64,000 nucleotides of DNA from Candidatus Latescibacterota bacterium (GTDB lineage Bacteria; Latescibacterota; UBA2968; GCA-2709665): positions 1,024,001 through 1,088,000 of the forward strand of contig OZ241917.1 in the NCBI GenBank assembly GCA_965203805.1, written 5' to 3'. The position numbers were made by a program, and so were the translations under genes. Shown in pieces: positions 10,434 through 20,700 of the stretch. Under the pieces are notes generated by a model. That model did not search any database. It worked only from the letters and a program-made list of their open reading frames with translations, and had not been told where the DNA came from. Position 1 is the stretch's first letter. The number at the start of each line of letters is the position of its first letter.

Positions 10434-10439
10434 GGCGCA

Positions 10440-11342
10440 TCAGCGATCATTAGGGATCCTGGTACCGCTCAGATGTTCGGCGGCCTTGCAGACCGCGGAA
10501 AAATCCAGGCTGCCCGCGCCAAGACCGCTGGCGGCAGCGTACATCTGATAAGCCGCCGCCCCGATCGGCATCGGCACGTTCAGTGCCTTGCCGAGATCCA
10601 CGCCGATCGCCAGGTCTTTTTTCATCAGATCCAGCATAAATCCAGGATCGAAAGCATCCGCCAGCAGGAAGTCCGATACACGGATCTGAAACAACGTCGA
10701 GTTGGCCGAACTCACACTGATGACCTGGCGCATCACTTCAGGGTCCGCACCTGCTCTGATGCCGAGGATCAACCCCTCGGCGATGGCCGCCATGTTGATG
10801 CCGCCGATCAGCTGATTGACGATCTTTACGGTCTGTCCCACGCCCACGGACCCGACGTGGAAGATGTTTTCCTCGTTGCCCATCGCGTTGAACAACCCCC
10901 GGCACCGATCGAAGTCCTTCGCTTCTCCACCGGCGATGATCGTCAATGTGCCGTTAATCGCTCCCGTATCTCCCCCGCTCACGGGTGCATCCATCACCGC
11001 CACGTTCTTTGAACCTGCCTTCTCCGCAATCTCCCCGATCGTGAGTGGTGAAATGGTACTCATGTCCACGATGAGGCTGCCTTCGGATGCGCCTTGCAGC
11101 ACGCCGTCGTCGCCGAGGACCACTTCCCGCACTTCCGGGTCCGCCGTAACGATCGTAATCACGATGTCGGTGGCTTCGGCCACGGCCGCGGGAGACTCGA
11201 CCACACTCGCCCCCAACCCCTCCATTTCGGCAATGACTTCGGGCCGGCGCGCGTAGATTGTGAGATCGTACCCGGCCTTGATGAGATTAATCGCCATTGG
11301 CTTGCCCATGATGCCCAGTCCGATAAACCCGACTTTCTCCAT
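10440..11342 (-). CDS. Beta-hydroxyacid dehydrogenase (2-hydroxy-3-oxopropionate reductase / 3-hydroxyisobutyrate dehydrogenase family)
   Basis: KVGFIGLGIMGKPMA, DMSTISP, DAPVSGG, GQTVKIVNQ, F..DLMKKDL. GAGGAGG RBS before ATG 11342. Confidence 0.9.
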   Translation of the reverse strand: MEKVGFIGLGIMGKPMAINLIKAGYDLTIYARRPEVIAEMEGLGASVVESPAAVAEATDIVITIVTADPEVREVVLGDDGVLQGASEGSLIVDMSTISPLTIGEIAEKAGSKNVAVMDAPVSGGDTGAINGTLTIIAGGEAKDFDRCRGLFNAMGNEENIFHVGSVGVGQTVKIVNQLIGGINMAAIAEGLILGIRAGADPEVMRQVISVSSANSTLFQIRVSDFLLADAFDPGFMLDLMKKDLAIGVDLGKALNVPMPIGAAAYQMYAAASGLGAGSLDFSAVCKAAEHLSGTRIPNDR

Positions 11343-11448
11343 CTGAACCTCCTCTTGTTTTTGTCTGCCAGGACCGCTGACCGGCGTCGCCGGACTCTCT
11401 GACGAGATCCGGAAACGACGGGCTGAAGCGATAGAGGGCGCCTTCCGG

Positions 11449-12528
11449 TCAACCGCTCTCAATGGGACGTGTCTGCAGGACCATCAATTGACCCACAGGG
11501 TTTTCGACAGCCCCCAGCGGCCGCTGCTTCTCCGCAGACCAGATGTCGTTTGCCGTTATGTAGAAGTGCCCGCCGGCTATCTTACTGTAACACATCTGGG
11601 GATATCGACCCTGCGAATCGTCGGGAAACAGCATGTCGAATGTATCGCTTTCGGGATGATAGGCGAGGAACCGGTCCATAAAGTGGTAGGGAAACCCGTC
11701 CACACCGGTGTAAGGATCGTCTTTCAACGGAATGTACGTTCCGGTCGCCTCGTCGTATCTGAATCCTGAATCGTACGTGCTCAATGTGTTCAACTGCCAC
11801 CCCCGGTAACAGACCCCGCCGCCAATAAACCCGAAATCCTCCTTCCATCCGGGCACCGCCCGCTCATACACCTCTCCCGTCTGCCGGTCCAGCCGGAACA
11901 GACGACCCTCCCTGTAATTCACGACATATCGTTCCGCCGGTTCACCGGGCCGTGAGGGCGGAATCGAGTCGGAGTCTTCCGCCACGAACCGTTGCGATTC
12001 AGGATCCCAGTAAACGCGGCGCGCCAACCGTTCAGTACCCGGAACGCTGAAGACTTCCAGCCTGTCGGGCCAATCCACGTCCACAATCGATGGCAGCACG
12101 CCCGGCTCAGGGTACGTACTTATCGCCGCACGGTCCTCCTCGACGTGCCAGATTACCAGGCAAGGCCTGGACCGTTCCGGCAGGTACAGCACGTTTCGCG
12201 CCTTATCCGCATGACCGTACCAGAGATTCGCATCGGGAAACGGCTTGTCGACCTGGTACACACGTTCCTCCGCAACCTCGAATACCGTCAGTTTCTCGTT
12301 CGTCTGCGGAAGCACATAGACCTTGCCGCCGGCGCACAGACACTGGCTTCCTCCATGTTTTTCGGGAATCGAAATCGTGTCGATCCGCCCGGATTCCGGC
12401 TGGTACCTGTGGAGGAAAGGCAGACTGCCCGTAAACCAGAGGGCGCCGAAGTCATCGTCGTCAATCCCGTACACCCGGGTATTCTTCGCGTCGACCCAGA
12501 CGGGATACATCCTCGGCAACTCAGGCAT
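11449..12528 (-). CDS. Hypothetical protein, probable beta-propeller
   Basis: 359 aa, aromatic and beta-rich repeated blade-like segments (LHRYQPESGRI, LFRLDRQTGEV, FLAYHPESDTF); GAGGAG RBS; no signal peptide. Confidence 0.55.
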   Translation of the reverse strand: MPELPRMYPVWVDAKNTRVYGIDDDDFGALWFTGSLPFLHRYQPESGRIDTISIPEKHGGSQCLCAGGKVYVLPQTNEKLTVFEVAEERVYQVDKPFPDANLWYGHADKARNVLYLPERSRPCLVIWHVEEDRAAISTYPEPGVLPSIVDVDWPDRLEVFSVPGTERLARRVYWDPESQRFVAEDSDSIPPSRPGEPAERYVVNYREGRLFRLDRQTGEVYERAVPGWKEDFGFIGGGVCYRGWQLNTLSTYDSGFRYDEATGTYIPLKDDPYTGVDGFPYHFMDRFLAYHPESDTFDMLFPDDSQGRYPQMCYSKIAGGHFYITANDIWSAEKQRPLGAVENPVGQLMVLQTRPIESG

Positions 12529-12648
12529 CTCTTCTCCTCATCCAACGGATAACGAGTACGGAAGGACCCCGGGCGCAGACCCCCGCCTGCCTCGAGGACG
12601 GGAAGTTCCGGACGGCGCTGCAGGCATCCCGACATTCATGGATTCGGC

Positions 12649-12676
12649 TTGACTTTCGTGTATTACTAGTTACCAT
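12649..12676 (+). promoter_or_regulatory. Putative sigma70 promoter for the FGGY kinase gene
   Basis: TTGACT-N16-TACCAT. An opposite-strand TTGACA lies at 12686-12691. Confidence 0.45.
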
Positions 12677-12781
12677 TGGGCTTTCTGTCAACGTGAATCT
12701 CCACGCCGCGATCAAGGCTGTCCGGAATCCGCCGACCGGGGATTCATCGGCAACCGGTACGGCTTTGCGATTAACGGAATC

Positions 12782-14311
12782 ATGTCCCAACTTCCACTTC
12801 TGGCCGGAATCGACGTCGGCACCACGAACGTCAAGGCGCTCGTCTTCGACACCGCCGGCCGTGTTCAGGCCTGCGCCAGCGCGCCGACGCCTACACATCA
12901 CCCTCGACCCGGCTGGGCTTACCACAAACCGGATGAATTATGGTCGTGCGCGATAAATGCGCTTCGGAACGCGGTGTCACAACTGGACGCATCCGACCCG
13001 ATCTCCAGCATCGCCGTTTCGAGTATGGCCGAATCGGGCGTGCCGCTCGACGCGGTAGACCAACCTGTTGACGACATCATCGCATGGTTCGACGGGCGGA
13101 CGTCACGCCAGGCCGAGTGGCTGAACAGGACCGTCGGCGGCGAGCGAATCTACGGCATTACGGGATTGCCTGTAAAGCCCATTTTCGGTCTCTGCAAGAT
13201 CCTCTGGTTTAAGGAAAACAACCCGGACGGCTTCAGGAAAACCGTCTCGTGGCTGAACGTTGCAGACTACATCGCGTTTCGACTGTGCGGCCATAAGGCG
13301 ACCGACTATTCCCTTGCTTCACGGACGCTTGCCTTCGACCTCAAGACGCTGGATTGGCATCCCGGTCTGCTGGACGAAGCGGGAGTTTCTCCGCGTCTGT
13401 TTGCGCAGGCGCTGCCCTCCGGCACGGCGCTCGGCCGCATCCTGCCCGAAATCGCTCGCTTTACCGGACTCCCACCCGACGTGCAGGTCGCGACAGGCGG
13501 ACACGACCACATATGCGGTGCACTTGCCGCCGGCGCAACCGAACCGGATACGCTCCTCAATTCCCTGGGCACCGCGGAAGCCCTCTGTATCGCGAGCCGG
13601 CACCCCTTGCTCAGCGACCGGATTGCGAAACAGGGATACACAACCGGCGCCCACGTGGCAACGGGGAGATTCTACGTCCTCGGCAGTATCTATACGTCAG
13701 GCGCGGCCGTAGAGTGGATCCGCGGCCTCGCAGGCCGAAACGTGGAATACGGCACCCTCGTTTCCGAAGCTGAATCGGTGCCGCCCGGAAGCCTGGGCGT
13801 CCACTTCCAGCCGCACCTGCGCCTGGGCAATCCTCCGCACAACGATCCCGCGTCGCGAGCCGCGTTTATCGGTCTCACCGCCGACGTCACCCGCGGTACC
13901 CTGTTTCGCGCCGTGCTCGAAGGGTTGGCCTACGAGTCCAGGCTCTGCCTGGACGCCATCGTGTCGCAACCGGGAATCTGCAGGCCGGAACGAATCGTCG
14001 CCATCGGCGGGAACACCCGCAACCGGCTACTCATGCAAATCAAGAGTTCGGTGTTCAACCAGAGGATCTCGATCGCCGAGGTGGAGGAATCCGTTGCCCT
14101 GGGGGCAGCGGTTCTGGGAGGCCTCGGCGCCGGCGTTTACTCAGACGTCGACGCCGCATTGAAAACTCTGAGATACGACCGTTGGACAGTCGACCCCGAC
14201 GTTGAGCAGGCGGCGGTCTACGAGACCGCATTTCAGTCCATATACAGGGAAATCTTCCCCTCACTCGAGTCGCTGCACCACAGGGCAGGAGACATCCGGC
14301 ACAGGAACTGA
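12782..14311 (+). CDS. FGGY family carbohydrate kinase (xylulokinase-like)
   Basis: GIDVGTTNVKA, IAWFDGR, TDYSLASRT, GGHDH, SLGTAE, RAVLEG, IGGNTRN. Confidence 0.92.
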   Translation: MSQLPLLAGIDVGTTNVKALVFDTAGRVQACASAPTPTHHPRPGWAYHKPDELWSCAINALRNAVSQLDASDPISSIAVSSMAESGVPLDAVDQPVDDIIAWFDGRTSRQAEWLNRTVGGERIYGITGLPVKPIFGLCKILWFKENNPDGFRKTVSWLNVADYIAFRLCGHKATDYSLASRTLAFDLKTLDWHPGLLDEAGVSPRLFAQALPSGTALGRILPEIARFTGLPPDVQVATGGHDHICGALAAGATEPDTLLNSLGTAEALCIASRHPLLSDRIAKQGYTTGAHVATGRFYVLGSIYTSGAAVEWIRGLAGRNVEYGTLVSEAESVPPGSLGVHFQPHLRLGNPPHNDPASRAAFIGLTADVTRGTLFRAVLEGLAYESRLCLDAIVSQPGICRPERIVAIGGNTRNRLLMQIKSSVFNQRISIAEVEESVALGAAVLGGLGAGVYSDVDAALKTLRYDRWTVDPDVEQAAVYETAFQSIYREIFPSLESLHHRAGDIRHRN

Positions 14312-14484
14312 AGGGAAGGCAATCCGCCCGCGGATGGGACGCGAACGGCCGACCTGCAATACCTCGCTGCACCGGGCTTCTCTTACGCCGGCGATACTTC
14401 AGGATCTGGCGAACGAGATGTTGTTCCGGTTTCGACCCTCCCTAATCAACCGTCGCATCGTACCGAATGCAACCGGGAGTCCAT

Positions 14485-15471
14485 ATGTACACGATCACCT
14501 GCGCCGTCGTGGGGTACGGCGGCATCGCGGGCTTTCACACGCGGGCATTCAGGCGAATTCCGGGAGTTCGGCTTCGAACCGTCGTCGGTCGCAGACCCGA
14601 ACCCGCCGAGACATTCCGGGACGCCTGGGATTTTGAGAATGCCACGACCCGTTATGAAGACGTGCTGGGCGACCGTGAGATCGATGCGGTCGTAATCGCC
14701 TCCCCCAGCGAGGTACATTACGATCAGACCCGGATGGCTCTGGAATCCGGCAAGCACGTCCTGGTTGAGATCCCTCTGGCGCTGTCTCACAAAGGCGCCG
14801 CCGAAATTGCCGGCCTCGCGGAAAAGTCCGGCAGGAGACTGCTGGTTGCCCATACCCGCCGTTTCAACCGTGCGGGTCGGTTTGTCAGGGATTTTATCGC
14901 GAACGGCACGGCAGGCCACGTGCACCAGCACCATATTCACGAATTTCAGTTACGCCACGACAACGTCGGCTGGACCGGCTACAGGCGGAGTTGGACGGAC
15001 GACGTCCTGTTCCACCACGGTTGCCATGTGCTCGACTACTCCCTGTGGACCATCGACGAACCCGTCCGCCGGATTCGCGGCGAACTCAGCCCGCTCGACG
15101 CCGCAACCGGCACGTCGCTCGACGTCAGCATGCTCGTTCGTTACACCTCGGAAACCATTGCGGCGCTCAGTCTTTCCTACAATGCCCGTACGGGCGTCAA
15201 TAACAATGTCTACCTTTGCGACGCGGGCACTCTCGTCGTCTCGGGCAATCATGTCACGCTTAACGGCAAGACCCTCTTCAATAGCGACGACACCCTCGAC
15301 GACGACGTACTGGTCCAGAACGTCGAATTCATCGAATCGATCCGTGAGGACAGACATCCTCAATGCAGCGCGGTCCAAGCCCTGGAAGCCCTGGATCTGC
15401 TCCAGCAGATTTACGATCAGTCAATTACGATTGAGAACCCGGACAAATACAAACGGATGTGGGAGAATTAA
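14485..15471 (+). CDS. Gfo/Idh/MocA oxidoreductase, LigC-like subgroup
   Basis: VGYGGIA, ASPSEVH, GKHVLVEIP, AHTRRF, RSWTDDVLFHHGCH. Start 14485 (alternative 14467). Confidence 0.85.
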   Translation: MYTITCAVVGYGGIAGFHTRAFRRIPGVRLRTVVGRRPEPAETFRDAWDFENATTRYEDVLGDREIDAVVIASPSEVHYDQTRMALESGKHVLVEIPLALSHKGAAEIAGLAEKSGRRLLVAHTRRFNRAGRFVRDFIANGTAGHVHQHHIHEFQLRHDNVGWTGYRRSWTDDVLFHHGCHVLDYSLWTIDEPVRRIRGELSPLDAATGTSLDVSMLVRYTSETIAALSLSYNARTGVNNNVYLCDAGTLVVSGNHVTLNGKTLFNSDDTLDDDVLVQNVEFIESIREDRHPQCSAVQALEALDLLQQIYDQSITIENPDKYKRMWEN

Positions 15472-15473
15472 TG

Positions 15474-15827
15474 CTAAGGGGTTGCCTGCGTCGCTTCGGG
15501 TACGTATTCCGGCCTCGGCGGGGAGAATACGTCAATCACAAGGCTGTTTTCAAGTACCCGTGAACGATGGGGTTCGTTCGATCCAAAATGGAAGAACGTC
15601 CCGGATTCAAACACGTAACGCGTTTCCGGTTCCCCCACGAAAAATTCAATCCGCCCCCGGATGACGTACCCCATTTGCTCCTCGGGATGCCGATGCACCC
15701 CAAACTCGGCCCCCGCCATGACCTCGTACCGGGTCAACATCAGATTCTCTCCGCTGATCGTACGGCGTACAGCAAGATCAGATAGCGACTTGGCAGATAG
15801 ATCTTTATCTTTAACAACCAGAGCCAT
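15474..15827 (-). CDS. Cupin domain protein
   Basis: HRHPEEQMGYVIRG and NEPH metal motifs, DVFSPPR; GGAG RBS. Confidence 0.88.
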   Translation of the reverse strand: MALVVKDKDLSAKSLSDLAVRRTISGENLMLTRYEVMAGAEFGVHRHPEEQMGYVIRGRIEFFVGEPETRYVFESGTFFHFGSNEPHRSRVLENSLVIDVFSPPRPEYVPEATQATP

Positions 15828-15939
15828 TTATATCACTCCTTTATGAACTCGCGAATGGCGACATCCAAAGCCCCGCGTGATGCATCCGACGGACGGCCGT
15901 CGCATCTTCGGGGTGGCGTGATACGCCCTTCACGGTTGA

Positions 15940-16584
15940 TCACTTCCCAAGTTCCACCGTACCCCACAGGCTCGGATCGTAAGATACCGGAAGCGGTTCA
16001 TCCGACGTCCAGAACTGTCGTCCCCGCTTCCGGTCCTGGAGCAAATAGGTGAATCCGAGCAGGCGGTTTTCTTCCGGCTCGAACCCTGTCAACACTTCCG
16101 CCGGCAAATGGACCTCCATGCTGTATCCGGTTCCGGATGCATCGCTGGCCACCTTCAGCTCGGAAGGGTCGCAGAGCCTTGAATGCGCGCGGGCCCTGCG
16201 GATTGCCACCTGACCTCCTCTCGGTTTTCGGTTTGCCGCACCCGGCAGAAAAAAGAAGTGGTGACAGTAACGGCTCGCCCGGTGCGCGTTCCGGACGTTG
16301 CGGGTATCGACCCAGACCTGCAAGCCATCTCCCTGCAACGGACGTCGTTCGTCCACCTTTGCGCCCGCCCCATTTTTCACGTCTGCTGCGAAATAGAGGC
16401 CGCGTTCGTTCCAGGCAGCGTATATGTCGGCAAACGCTTCCCGTCCGTCCAGTGCCGTAAGGTCCGGAATCCGGTACTTCGCGCCCCACTCGTTCAGGTC
16501 TCCGTTGAGGACCGGTGGATCCATGCGGTGCGGGCATGTCCACGCGAAACTGAAGAGGGCCCGTCTGGGGATTTCCAGATTCAT
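15940..16584 (-). CDS. CBM9/DOMON-like sugar-binding domain protein
   Basis: PVLNGDLNEW, YAAWNERGLYFAADV, GDGLQVWVD, GYSMEVHLP, LLGF, WGTVEL. Confidence 0.72.
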   Translation of the reverse strand: MNLEIPRRALFSFAWTCPHRMDPPVLNGDLNEWGAKYRIPDLTALDGREAFADIYAAWNERGLYFAADVKNGAGAKVDERRPLQGDGLQVWVDTRNVRNAHRASRYCHHFFFLPGAANRKPRGGQVAIRRARAHSRLCDPSELKVASDASGTGYSMEVHLPAEVLTGFEPEENRLLGFTYLLQDRKRGRQFWTSDEPLPVSYDPSLWGTVELGK

Positions 16585-17642
16585 CGATCCGATTCTCCGT
16601 CCGGCAACACCAGGTTGCCGGCTTTCCGGACGACCGTCGAATTCTCCAACGTGTTTCCCTGGAGGAGAATCGGCCGGTTCGTGCCGGTCTGGTCGTTGAC
16701 GATCAGGTCGACGTTCTGGAAGTGATTTCCGGTAACCGCCATGCCCGCGCCGGTAAGCCAGAGAGGCAATCGCTGTGCCCGGTCCGGCCCGCGGATCACG
16801 TTTCCAGAAACGGATGAATTAAGTCCGCGCACGTCCATCGCCAATCCCAGATCCCCTCCCTCGTCGACCATCACGATATTGCCCGATATCACGTGGCGCT
16901 CGGAATCGGCCCATGACCGGAAGGCGATATCCAGGTCGCCGCCGTCAAGCACATGCACCACGTTGTTCGCCATAACGATCGAATCTCCCGCATCGGATCC
17001 AACCGCAACGTGCGTTCGGCCGGTTATCTCTACGAAATTGCCCGTGACAAATCCCGGTCCGCCCAGGAGTTCCACCGCGTCTGAATGCGCATTGCCCAAA
17101 CGGTTGTTGACAACCCGCATGTTGGGCCCCTGCAGCATGATGCCCAGGCGCTGTGAATTCAGGACCGTGCAATTCTCAATTGTGATATTGTGGGTCGGTA
17201 GTGGACAGGAGCCGCCGGGTTCCGCGCAGAATGCCTTGATGCCGTTGTATTCGAACCGGCCGTGGGAGACATTCAGAAACTCAGCGCCGTCATACGGATT
17301 CTGATCTCGATTCTGGTCCACCCAGAGATCCCGTATTGTGATATTTCCCACGCCGTTCCCAATGATGCGAATCACGTTCGTATTCTGTCCTGGCGCCAGA
17401 ATCAGCCGTGTTGCCGCGCCCTGCCCCGCCAGCGTCACATTGCTGCGGTCGATGATCAATCCGCCGAGCGAACCCTCCATCTTGCGGATGTCATAGACGC
17501 CGTCCATCAGGTTCACCGTGCCGCCAGAGGAGGGAAGCGCACGAATCGCCGCGTAGATTTCCTCCTGATCGCCGCGCCCGTCGCCGACGAAATCGGCCGC
17601 GGCCCTGGACTTTTGAGACGAATCTCGGGTTGCTACGACCAT
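16581..17642 (-). CDS. Right-handed parallel beta-helix protein (pectate lyase-like fold)
   Basis: GGTVNLMDGVY N-cap, NVTLAGQG, repeated I/V-x-G-N-x-I/V Asn-ladder units. GGAGG RBS; 4-nt overlap with the downstream gene. Confidence 0.75.
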   Translation of the reverse strand: MVVATRDSSQKSRAAADFVGDGRGDQEEIYAAIRALPSSGGTVNLMDGVYDIRKMEGSLGGLIIDRSNVTLAGQGAATRLILAPGQNTNVIRIIGNGVGNITIRDLWVDQNRDQNPYDGAEFLNVSHGRFEYNGIKAFCAEPGGSCPLPTHNITIENCTVLNSQRLGIMLQGPNMRVVNNRLGNAHSDAVELLGGPGFVTGNFVEITGRTHVAVGSDAGDSIVMANNVVHVLDGGDLDIAFRSWADSERHVISGNIVMVDEGGDLGLAMDVRGLNSSVSGNVIRGPDRAQRLPLWLTGAGMAVTGNHFQNVDLIVNDQTGTNRPILLQGNTLENSTVVRKAGNLVLPDGESDR

Positions 17643-17738
17643 CGTTTACCTCCGCGTGAAGAAGGTGAAAAGCCCTGGTCAGGTCCGGTTTCCGCGCGGC
17701 TTGGACCTTATCCCTCTCGAATGAAACGCCTGGATGCG

Positions 17739-20700
17739 TCAGGCGTGCACCTCCGGCACAGGCGGCAAACCCGAATTACCCGGGTCAAGCAATTTCCTCA
17801 GAAACCGGCCCGTATGCGACGCATCGACACGAGCCACTTCCTCAGGCGTGCCCTCGGCGACCAGGCACCCGCCGTTTTCACCGCCTTCCGGCCCAAGGTC
17901 GATGATCCAGTCCGCCGTCCTGATGACATCGAGATTGTGCTCGATGACGATGACCGTATTGCCGGCGTCTACAATTCGATTCAACACGTCGAGCAGTCTG
18001 GCAACGTCGGCAACATGCAATCCGGTGGTGGGCTCGTCCAGCAGATACACGGTCTTGCCGGTATTCGGCCGGGCGAGTTCTCTGGCGAGTTTGACCCTTT
18101 GCGCTTCTCCGCCTGACAGGGTGGTGGACGCCTGCCCCATCCTGATATACCCCAGTCCAACATCCGCCAGCGTCTTGAGGGTGCGACGGATACCCGGCAC
18201 GTTTCCGAACTGCCGCAACGCCTCGTCTACCGTCATCTCCAGTACGTCGGCAATCGACCGGCCCTTATAAAGGACATTCACCACATCCCGGTTGTACCGT
18301 TTCCCGTGACAGTCCTCGCAGGTCACCCAGACATCGGGAAGGAAATGCATTTCGATGCACCTCGATCCCAAACCCTTACAGGCCTCGCATCGGCCTTTCC
18401 GGTGATTGAAGCTGAAGTGCCCCGGCGAAAACCCCCGGATCCGCGCATCGGGCAACTGCGCGTAGAGTTTCCGAACCCTGTCAAACACCTTAACGTAGGT
18501 CGCCGGGTTGCTACGCGGCGAAAAGCCGATCGGGGACTGGTCGATCCTGATCACCTTGTCTATGCCATCCATCCCCCGGACATCGTCATGATCTCCAGCA
18601 GCCCCATGGGCGCCGTTCAACCTCGCCGCCAGTGCCCCGTAAAGGACATCGTTCACAAGCGAAGACTTTCCCGAACCCGACACGCCGGTGACGCCGATAA
18701 GCATCCCGAGCGGAAATCTTACGTCAAGATCCCTCAGATTGTTGTGACGCGCACCCACCACCTCCACGCACCCTTTCAAGGCCAATCTTCGTGGCGGCGA
18801 GGCAATGGCCAGCGTGCCCTCCAGATACTTCGCAGTCAGGGAACCGCTCTCTGTGCTCAGGCATTTCGGATGCCCCTCGGCAACCAGCGTTCCCCCGCCG
18901 GACCCCGCGCCGGGCCCGAAATCCACAATGTGGTCTGCGGTTTCCAGCGTTTCGCGGTCGTGCTCCACCACGATGAGGGTATTGCCGAGGTCCCGCAACC
19001 GGGCCAGCGCGGCAAGCAACCGGCGATTATCCCGCTGATGGAGTCCGATGGTAGGTTCATCCAGCACGTACAGCACACCGGTCAGCCCGGATCCGATCTG
19101 GCTGGCAAGGCGGATCCGCTGCGCCTCGCCGCCGGACAACGTGGGCGCCCTTCGTGAAAGCGACAGGTAACCCAACCCGACTTCATGCAGGAACCGCATT
19201 CTGACACGGATTTCCTGGATGACCTCTCCGACCGCGTCCAATTCCGGGCCGGTCAGTTCCAGATCTTCAAGCCAGCGCCTTGACGACACGATGGGCAAGT
19301 CGACCAATTCGCAAAGTGTGGTACCGCTCAAACGGACTGCGGCGCTTTCCGGCTTCAGGCGCGCGCCCCTGCACGCGAGGCACGGCACGTCTTCCACCAG
19401 TTCTCCCAACTTTTCGCGAAATCGCGGGGACAGCCTCACCAGTTCCTCAAGCGAATTGAACAGTCCCTTGTATCTGAATCGCAGACCGTCCGATTGCGAA
19501 ATCCATCGTTCTCCGGTACCGTATAGAAGCGCTTCGAGTGCTGATTGGGACATCTGCGCGACCGGCGTCTCGAGGTCGAATTCTCCCGCGTCGCCTACCG
19601 CACGCATCAGCGCCGCCAACGGACCGCCCTTCAGTCTGCCGAGAACCGGCACGGCCCCTTCGGACAGAGACTTACCCGGGTCCGGAATCAGCGTGTTCTT
19701 TCCCATCCCCTTCTGGGTTCCTAGGCCCTCACACGAGTCACACCAGCCTTCATGGCTGTTGAACGAAAGGTGCTGCGGGGTTATCTCGTCGAAACTCCTC
19801 CCACATTTCGGGCAGGACAGAACCTGGCTGAATCTGGTTTCCTCAACATCGTCCGGGGACGCCACGATGACCACCCCGCCTGACAACACCAGGGCTTTTT
19901 CAATCGAGTCCGCAATGCGCTTCCGTACGCCAGGTTTGAGCGTAACGCGATCCACCAGAATCTCAAGGCGGTGTGACTGACGATAGTCGATCTCGCCAGG
20001 CGTTTTCAACTCGAACACCTCGCCGTCCAGCCGGCCCCTGAGGTATCCCGCCCGCGAAGCCCTGGTGATCAAGACGTGGTAATCCTCACCTCTGCCCGGC
20101 CTCTGCGGGCTCAGCAGATAGATGCGTCTTCCGGAGGGCATTGCCAGAATCCGGTCGACGATCTGCTGAACGGCCAGCGCCCCCGCCTGCACGCCGCAAT
20201 CCGGACAATAGACCTTTCCGATCAGCGCGAACAGCGCCCGCAGGTAGTCGTATACTTCCGTTACCGTGCCGACGGTGGAGCGAGGATTCTTGCTGGCTGC
20301 CTTCTGCTCAATGGCAATAGCGGGCGACAATCCGATCACGCGCTCGACCTTCGGTTTGGGCAATTGCCCCAGGAACTGCCGTGCATATGCCGACAACGAC
20401 TCGACATATCGCCGCTGACCCTCGGCGAATACCGTATCCAGCGCCAGCGAAGACTTGCCCGATCCCGATACACCCGATACGACGGTCAATTTCTCGCGCG
20501 GAATCCGCACATCCACGTTCCGAAGATTGTTCTCCCTGGCGCCGGCGACCTGAATTTCACGAATCGGACCCCTGTCCCTGCCTCGACGGTCCGAAGCGCC
20601 GTCGTGCCGGACCGGGTCGGGGCCGTGCTTCAACGTGGAACGCAGAGACCGGCCGGTGAACGATCGCCGGGACCGCGCAATGTGTTCCGGCGTACCCTCC

